A stretch of DNA of 64,000 bases from an uncultured Eubacteriales bacterium (lineage in GTDB: Bacteria; Bacillota; Sulfobacillia; Fermentithermobacillales; Fermentithermobacillaceae), in the NCBI GenBank assembly GCA_964646385.1, contig CAZYEC010000001.1, forward strand, positions 10,335 through 74,334. The letters run 5' to 3'. This document shows, piece by piece, positions 58,359-64,000 of the stretch. Position numbers and translations under genes: made by a program. The notes under the pieces were generated by a model. The model ran no database searches and was not told where the DNA came from. It saw only the letters and a list, made by a program, of their open reading frames with translations. The first letter of the stretch is position 1, and every line of letters starts with the position of its first letter.

Positions 58359-59510
58359 TTGACAGTTCGCGTGGCTGTAGCAATGTCGGGGGGGGTTGAC
58401 AGCGCTGTGGCGTGTCATCTTTTGATGCGCAAAGGGTATGATGTCATAGGGCTTACCATGGATATCTTTGGCGCCCTACCCGGGAGCATTTTATCCGTTC
58501 CCCCGGGCCAGATTTCAAGCACAGCCCAAGAAGCCCGGGATGTATGCGATCACCTGGGCGTTCCTCACCGAGTCATTAACATGGCTCGGGCATTTGAACA
58601 AGAAGTGATAATTCCCTTTCTTGATAATTACGTCGCCGGGAGGACGCCCAACCCTTGTGTGGTCTGCAACAGGGCAATGAAGTTTGGGCACTTGTTGGAA
58701 AAGGCGCGGGAACTGGGAGCCCAATACATCGCCACGGGCCACTATGCGAGGGCAGTAAGAAGAGGCAGGGAGGGGGGCAGACCCGAACCAGAATGGGTTG
58801 ATACCTTTAAGGACCCCGCTCGCTTGGGCCCGACTTATCTGTTCCGGGGGCTGGATAGGAGCAAAGACCAATCTTACGCACTACACAGTCTGAAAAGAGA
58901 CATGCTTGCCAGTTCGATGTTTCCCTTGGGGAACCTTACCAAACAAGAAGTAAGAGAGATTGCCAAAAAGGCCAGCCTACCTGTTTCAGGCCGACCCGAC
59001 AGCCAAGAAATCTGCTTTATCGATGATTTGGGGTACAAAGAATTTCTTAACCTTCGGGGCGTCTCGTCGGAGCCCGGGCCCATCTTGGACACGTCGGGAC
59101 GAGTCTTGGGCGAACATTTGGGGTTGCCCTTTTACACCGTGGGGCAAAGAAGGGGTTTGGGGGTCCGTTCGGATTTTCCTATGTACGTAGTGGCCCTGGA
59201 TGTCGGCAAAAACACTTTGGTGGTCGGGTCCCGGGACGAAGCGCATTCCTGGGGGTGCGAAATAGCGGAACTGAATCTGATTGGGGCGGAATCTTTGGAT
59301 GGACCCGTGGAAGGGACCTGCATGGTCAGGTACAGGGGGAAGGAGACTGCGGCTGTGATGGGGCCGGGTAGGACACCGGGGAGTGCTGAAATCGATTTCC
59401 TGAGTCCCCAATTCGCCGTGACGCCGGGTCAGGCTCTGGTTTTTTATCGGGATGATCTTGTGTTCGGCGGGGGGATTATTGTGGGATCGACCCCGAAAAA
59501 CAAATCCTGA
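58359..59510 (+). CDS. mnmA: tRNA-specific 2-thiouridylase MnmA.
   Basis: PP-loop VAVAMSGGVDSAV and catalytic Cys residues. RBS GGGGGGTG precedes the TTG at 58359. Confidence 0.9.
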   Translation: MTVRVAVAMSGGVDSAVACHLLMRKGYDVIGLTMDIFGALPGSILSVPPGQISSTAQEARDVCDHLGVPHRVINMARAFEQEVIIPFLDNYVAGRTPNPCVVCNRAMKFGHLLEKARELGAQYIATGHYARAVRRGREGGRPEPEWVDTFKDPARLGPTYLFRGLDRSKDQSYALHSLKRDMLASSMFPLGNLTKQEVREIAKKASLPVSGRPDSQEICFIDDLGYKEFLNLRGVSSEPGPILDTSGRVLGEHLGLPFYTVGQRRGLGVRSDFPMYVVALDVGKNTLVVGSRDEAHSWGCEIAELNLIGAESLDGPVEGTCMVRYRGKETAAVMGPGRTPGSAEIDFLSPQFAVTPGQALVFYRDDLVFGGGIIVGSTPKNKS

Positions 59511-59607
59511 ATCTTGGGAAAGGACGATGAGCCCCCAGGCAGCAGTTTGCGGTGAAGGATTTATCCTCTCTCAAAGCGAAATATGCTGAGGTCTGGAGGG
59601 GAGTGCC

Positions 59608-60237
59608 ATGTTTGTCAGGGACGTTATGACCAGTTACCCCGTTTCTGTAGGACTTGATGCGAGTTTGTCGAAACTATTGGAAGTTATGGTCGACAAAACC
59701 TTTGAAGCAGTGCCAGTGTGCGACGAGGGTAAAGTTGTGGGACTTGTGACGGACTGGGATGTAGTCGTGAACTCCCCCAGGATTCCCGGCACCGATTATC
59801 TCACCAAGACAAAGGTCAAAGATATCATGACCCGTAATGTTGTGACCGTCCTGCCTGATGAAATCGTGGAAATGGCGGCTTTTCACATGTATTTTCACGA
59901 TATGGACGCGCTTCCTGTAGTGGACAAAAACGGCAATCTGATCGCCATCATCACCCAAAACGATGTGTTTCGCACCTTGGTTACCCTCATGGGGCTGCGG
60001 GCCCAAGGTACAAGGATTACTGTGGAAGTGCCTGACAAACTTGGGATGCTTGCGGAGGTCACGGGAATAGTGAGGGATGCGGGCATTTCTATCGCTAGCC
60101 TCTCCACTTTCGTTCTTCCGGGTTCCGATACAATGTCAGTTATTTTGCGATTGAAAACAGACGATGTTGACGAAGTAGTAAAGGGATTGTATGTCAAACA
60201 TTTCAGGGTGGTCCACGTGTCGAAGGTCTGGCAGTAA
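59608..60237 (+). CDS. CBS-pair plus ACT domain protein (AcuB-like).
   Basis: Two CBS motifs followed by an ACT-like C-terminus. Confidence 0.75.
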   Translation: MFVRDVMTSYPVSVGLDASLSKLLEVMVDKTFEAVPVCDEGKVVGLVTDWDVVVNSPRIPGTDYLTKTKVKDIMTRNVVTVLPDEIVEMAAFHMYFHDMDALPVVDKNGNLIAIITQNDVFRTLVTLMGLRAQGTRITVEVPDKLGMLAEVTGIVRDAGISIASLSTFVLPGSDTMSVILRLKTDDVDEVVKGLYVKHFRVVHVSKVWQ

Positions 60238-60371
60238 GTGTGGAGGAGCAGGCTCTTGAACCTACCGGACCACCTGGACGATACGAGCCCCGACGCGCCG
60301 AGCCTGCTCCATTATTGACCTATGAAGCCGTGCATGGACCATATGCAGCTTCCCTAAATTTGCCACGGGAG

Positions 60372-61010
60372 TCAGGCGAGCAATGCCGCAACTTCAGTTA
60401 AATCTTCCACTAGCAGCGGAAACAAGTTTGGGCGCCTTCTGGCGGCGAGCGGGTGGTAGGTGACTTTCAGTGGGAACCCGAGCCAGTCAAGCCGGCTTCC
60501 TCTGAGTTTTTTTACATCAGCCCGGGAACCAAAGATCGCTTTGCAGACGGTGTTGCCCAAAGCGACCAAACAAACCCAGGCTTTTGCTGCGAGCTGTTGC
60601 CGCAGCACCGGCAGGTGCATTTCCACCGCAATCTCCCTGTCGTATTTGCGGGTGGGCCGCGTTTTCAGCAGAAAAGTGACGTAGACCTCATTTTCCGGTA
60701 TGCCCGCACTGGCCAAAGCGTGTCTTAGGGTTTCACGGGTCCCACAGACATAAGAGACTCCGGTGGGATCTTCCCGTTCACCGGGGTTATCCAGAACAAT
60801 GGCGATGCGTCCTGCCGGGTTGCCTTCACCCCACACCACCCTGTGAGGGGGTGCGCGTTTGCCTTGAATCGACTCAAACAATTCCTCTTTATTGGCGGCG
60901 GCCCACGCCGGCCACGGGTCCTCGGGCCATGGCTCGAAAGTTGCAGCTATGCGGTAGTGCTCGGGTTTTGTCATTGTAACGGAATTTTGCCCAGTCTTGC
61001 GATTTTGCAC
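60372..61010 (-). CDS. Uracil-DNA glycosylase family 4.
   Basis: VVWGEGNPAGRIAIVLDNPGERED (GEG....PG motif) and the FeS-cluster Cys pattern. The start is uncertain (61010 or 60974). Confidence 0.8.
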   Translation of the reverse strand: MQNRKTGQNSVTMTKPEHYRIAATFEPWPEDPWPAWAAANKEELFESIQGKRAPPHRVVWGEGNPAGRIAIVLDNPGEREDPTGVSYVCGTRETLRHALASAGIPENEVYVTFLLKTRPTRKYDREIAVEMHLPVLRQQLAAKAWVCLVALGNTVCKAIFGSRADVKKLRGSRLDWLGFPLKVTYHPLAARRRPNLFPLLVEDLTEVAALLA

Positions 61011-61115
61011 ACCAGGGAATGAAGCGCAGTTTGACGCACCCCATCCATGGGCCGGTGGCTCTCACTCAAGCTGTTGAGATGTTGCGTCTCCGGAAGCTCG
61101 GGGCGAGATTCGTTT

Positions 61116-61673
61116 CTAGCTACATTCCTGTGTTCGCCCCCGCAGTCTCATTTCTTTGGTCGCCCTGCGTTGGTGGTATTCTTCAAGGTGTTCTTCGCAG
61201 GCTCCACGAATGCGGTCACGGTTATTGACGCAATCGCCCACTACGGCTTCGATTTCTGCCCAATCCAAGCCACTTCCGGTGACAACTTCCTTTAGGGTTT
61301 TCCCACCGAGCAGTTCCTCAAGCAGGGAGTCGGCGGGTGTGCCTGTTCTTTCGGACACGTAAGAAAGAATAGCACAAGAGCCGGGCCATTGTTCACAGTG
61401 CCCAAAAAGACCCAGCCCCTTCCAAGCCCGGGCACTCGGTCCCGTTCCCGAATTCATGCCGGTCTTTTCAAACCACTCATCCTGGGCTCGGTTTCTTGCT
61501 TCAGAACCTACACTCCGGGCCTGCCCACCCAATCCCGCTCTTGAACCGGAATCGGCGGGTCTGTGAGCTAAGCCCGGCTGCCTCCCTTTGGCGGATACCA
61601 CCGAGACCAGTCCCACAACAACCAAAACTGCACCAAGTAGCACCCCAAAAAGACGTTTTCTGTTGGCTGGCAT
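61116..61673 (-). CDS. Hypothetical membrane-anchored protein with conserved Cys residues.
   Basis: Strong RBS AAAAGGAGG. An N-terminal TM helix is followed by a Cys-containing soluble domain. No family recognised. Confidence 0.5.
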   Translation of the reverse strand: MPANRKRLFGVLLGAVLVVVGLVSVVSAKGRQPGLAHRPADSGSRAGLGGQARSVGSEARNRAQDEWFEKTGMNSGTGPSARAWKGLGLFGHCEQWPGSCAILSYVSERTGTPADSLLEELLGGKTLKEVVTGSGLDWAEIEAVVGDCVNNRDRIRGACEEHLEEYHQRRATKEMRLRGRTQECS

Positions 61674-61798
61674 TATGCATACCTCCTTTTAAGATAATTG
61701 GCTTTTCCGCATCAACTATACACAAGAAATATGAACCTGCAGTGTACAGAACTTTAACATTTGATTAACTGCTGTAGACATGCCGACAGGGTAAAGGA

Positions 61799-63358
61799 TT
61801 ATTGCGGATGCCCGAGCAACGGCAGAGTTACGCTAAAAGTAGAACCTCGCTCGGGTTCGCTGGCTACTTCCAAACGGCCATTATGCTGCTCCACAATGAG
61901 TTTGGCTATAGAGAGGCCCAGGCCGGCACCGATTTTCGGTCTAGAACGAGATTTGTCGCTTTTGTAGAACCTTTCGAAAAGCCGAGGTATATCTTGGGCC
62001 GGGATGCCGGGGCCCTGGTCTGAAACTGTGAGGATGGCAGAACCTTCGTCAGGAAAGGCTCGGTCCCCCTTCTTTTGTGGTTGTGACGCCAGGTGCTCAG
62101 CATGGACATACCCTTGTGTTTTCAAGAATACTTGCACGACCCCTGATGGGGGCGAATACTTTATGGCGTTATCCAGCAGGTTCAAGATTGCCCTGGTGAG
62201 TCTGTCTGACGATCCGGCCACTACCGCTTTACCTGCGGTTGCGGTATCGTCGGTTGAGAACCGCAAGTCGATTTGTCTTTCAAGAACCTGGGGACGAACC
62301 GCATCCATGCTGCTCCGAACCACCTGTGCCAGATCGACTTCTGTTTCAGTCGGGGGGATGTCGCCCGCCTCCAATCTGGCCAGATAGAATAGGTCGTCAA
62401 TCAGGCGGGCCAATCTTTCGGATTCGTCGTGGATGATGTCGAGGGTGTGTCGCGTGTCTTCCTCACCGGTAATGATGCCGTCTTGTAGGGCTTCAATAAA
62501 ACCCTTAATTGAGGTAATCGGTGTTCTTAGATCGTGAGATATATCAGACATTGTGTTTTGGCGCTGTTGGGCCAGGATTTGAAGTTTTTCTTTCTCCTTA
62601 GTAAGATTTTGGACCAATACAGAGATTTCGTCAGCCATAGAATTCATGGCTTCCGCGAGGTCGCCTAGTTCGTCCGCGGACCTGACTTCCACCCGTTGTT
62701 TGAAGTCGCCTTTTGATATCGAGCGGGCCACCCCTGACATCCTGCTTAGCGGCTTGGTTATGTTGGACGCAAGAAAGTAAGAAAGAATGAGTGCAACCGC
62801 CATTGCCAGGACGCTGGCCCGTAACATGAATTTAGCTGCCTCCGTGGCAGACTGTCTTGCCATGGGCGCCAGGGGTTTGATGAAGATCAAGGCTCCCGTT
62901 ATGTGCGAGCCGGTCCGCCACGGCACAGCGACGCCTACCGCGTCAGTGCCGGCCGAAGGAAAGTCGAAAATTTGGGTAATGCCAGTTTGTAGTGTGCCAG
63001 CAAGCAAATCAGGGGAAACAGCTTGACCCGCCAACTCGTTGTTTTCCGAATCCTGCAGTATCAGCCCGTGCATGTCTGTCACAAGGACCCGGGCCTGCGT
63101 TACGGAACTGGCGACACTGATAAGGTTGTTTGTTGTGGATGCGTCGGCGGTGGGGTTGCCTCTTTGCCTCCGCACTACTATTTCCATATTGCTGGCTTCT
63201 TGAACCAGTTGATTCTTGGCAGCGCGGCGAAAGAAATCGTTCAAAAGGCGGGATTGATGAGCTACCATTAGGAGGCCTACCATCAAAATGATGATGGTGA
63301 ACGTTGCCATGAGTTTGCCTCGCAGTGGCATAGAATTGAGCGTCGCTCTTTTGTTCAT
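61799..63358 (-). CDS. Two-component sensor histidine kinase (TM, HAMP, HisKA, HATPase_c).
   Basis: H-box ISHDLRTPITSI, plus N, G1 and G2 boxes. Two TM segments. Downstream of an OmpR-type response regulator gene. Confidence 0.9.
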   Translation of the reverse strand: MNKRATLNSMPLRGKLMATFTIIILMVGLLMVAHQSRLLNDFFRRAAKNQLVQEASNMEIVVRRQRGNPTADASTTNNLISVASSVTQARVLVTDMHGLILQDSENNELAGQAVSPDLLAGTLQTGITQIFDFPSAGTDAVGVAVPWRTGSHITGALIFIKPLAPMARQSATEAAKFMLRASVLAMAVALILSYFLASNITKPLSRMSGVARSISKGDFKQRVEVRSADELGDLAEAMNSMADEISVLVQNLTKEKEKLQILAQQRQNTMSDISHDLRTPITSIKGFIEALQDGIITGEEDTRHTLDIIHDESERLARLIDDLFYLARLEAGDIPPTETEVDLAQVVRSSMDAVRPQVLERQIDLRFSTDDTATAGKAVVAGSSDRLTRAILNLLDNAIKYSPPSGVVQVFLKTQGYVHAEHLASQPQKKGDRAFPDEGSAILTVSDQGPGIPAQDIPRLFERFYKSDKSRSRPKIGAGLGLSIAKLIVEQHNGRLEVASEPERGSTFSVTLPLLGHPQ

Positions 63359-63440
63359 CCCGTCGTTCTGCACTTGCAGTCTCACCAGCTCTTTTTTCCC
63401 CTGCGCCGCTTGTGTCTATTCTTTCACTGTATTTGTCTTG

Positions 63441-64000
63441 TTAGTTCGGCCTGTACTCCAATTTGTAGCCGACTCCCCAAACAGTTCTTAAATATTTGGG
63501 GTTATCGGGATCTTTTTCAACCTTTTGCCGGAGGCGCCTCACGTGAACATCCACAGTTCTCATATCAGCGAAATGGGCATATCCCCACACCTGTTCAAGC
63601 AGGCGTTCTCTGGTGAAGGCCTTATTGGGGTTGGATGCCAGAAGCCAGAGCAAATCGAACTCTTTAGGCGGGAGCGTCATGGCCAGACCGTTTATCGTAA
63701 TCTCCCGGGATTCGTTGTTGATCGAGAGTCCCGGGTAGGATATTATCTGGGGCATCGGTTCTTCGGCCCTACGCAAAACGGCTCTGACTCTCGAAACCAG
63801 TTCCCGCGGACTGAAAGGTTTTGTAACATAGTCATCGGCCCCAAGTTCGAGACCGCAAACTTTATCCATTTCAGCGTCTTTTGCCGTCAACATAATTACG
63901 GGTGTGGTATGTTCTTTACGAATCTCTCTTAAGACTTCCCAGCCGTCAATTCCAGGCATCATGATATCGAGAATCACCAGCGCAGGTGCTTGATCGCGCC
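63441..64000 (-). CDS. OmpR-family response regulator (N-terminus beyond the window end).
   Basis: Receiver domain (ILDIMMPGIDGW...MLTAKD) and a winged-helix output (RTVDVHVRRLRQKVE...YLRTVWGVGYKL). The gene is truncated at 64000. Confidence 0.85.
   Translation of the reverse strand, partial: RDQAPALVILDIMMPGIDGWEVLREIRKEHTTPVIMLTAKDAEMDKVCGLELGADDYVTKPFSPRELVSRVRAVLRRAEEPMPQIISYPGLSINNESREITINGLAMTLPPKEFDLLWLLASNPNKAFTRERLLEQVWGYAHFADMRTVDVHVRRLRQKVEKDPDNPKYLRTVWGVGYKLEYRPN

Noticed and set aside
1-64000. Mobile elements, prophage, CRISPR arrays, rRNA or tRNA genes.
   Set aside because: No transposase, integrase or Cas-like ORFs, no direct-repeat arrays, and no rRNA- or tRNA-like sequence were seen. 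Gene content is housekeeping with conserved synteny blocks.

Overview
The window reads as core chromosome from a high-GC (~57-58%) Gram-positive anaerobe, probably a Clostridia/Peptococcaceae-like Firmicute. I found no transposase, integrase, phage genes, CRISPR array, rRNA or tRNA. Annotation is by motif recognition only, with no database searches or RNA folding, so start codons are approximate (±30 nt). ORF-track coordinates are reliable, but coordinates of non-coding elements may be off by a few bases.

Content in order:
- 1-7 kb: a cell-envelope cluster. A small ORF is translationally coupled to an HD hydrolase, followed by a DUF4330-like protein, an O-antigen ligase, a GT1 glycosyltransferase, a convergent MFS transporter (mislabelled + in the ORF track) and MurJ.
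- 7-10 kb: an S9 peptidase, a DUF559 endonuclease-like protein and LapA.
- 10-20 kb: the conserved recJ-apt-relA-dtd-MBL hydrolase-hisS-aspS block, with no T-box leader before hisS.
- 20-27 kb: an ECF sigma with a DUF4349 anti-sigma factor, polA-coaE, thioredoxin and threonine aldolase.
- 27-30 kb: small Zn-ribbon and YtxH-like proteins, an AI-2E transporter, an adenosine-specific-kinase-family gene, a VapBC toxin-antitoxin pair and a glutaredoxin.
- 30-35 kb: a MATE efflux gene behind a ~170-nt structured leader, a second ECF sigma/anti-sigma pair, a clear TPP riboswitch with terminator driving thiT and thiamine pyrophosphokinase, and a polysaccharide deacetylase.
- 35-37.5 kb: an orphan ybaB, an M19 dipeptidase and a Nudix hydrolase.
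- 37.5-42 kb: a strong promoter with an immediate attenuator, then a membrane protein and an 844-aa exported protein with a degenerate lipase-like alpha/beta-hydrolase domain plus a PKD domain, an orphan MacB-type ABC ATPase and lgt.
- 43-51 kb: a GAF-GGDEF cyclase, a Gx transporter, rex, a Na+-pumping methylmalonyl-CoA decarboxylase operon (mmdA-gamma-BCCP-mmdB), and the methylmalonyl-CoA mutase small B12-binding subunit with meaB but no large subunit.
- 51-57 kb: two tandem FtsX-family permeases with no ATPase, then hspR-dnaK-grpE (no dnaJ), with a KKDE-encoding 12-bp tandem repeat at the dnaK 3' end.
- 57-64 kb: a BadF-type ATPase, mnmA, a CBS-ACT protein, a family-4 UDG, a hypothetical membrane protein and a sensor kinase with a truncated response regulator.

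No complete, obviously novel multi-gene system stands out. The candidates most worth follow-up are the MATE leader RNA, the 37.5-41.8 kb attenuator/exported pseudo-lipase-PKD locus, and the ATPase-less FtsX pair.
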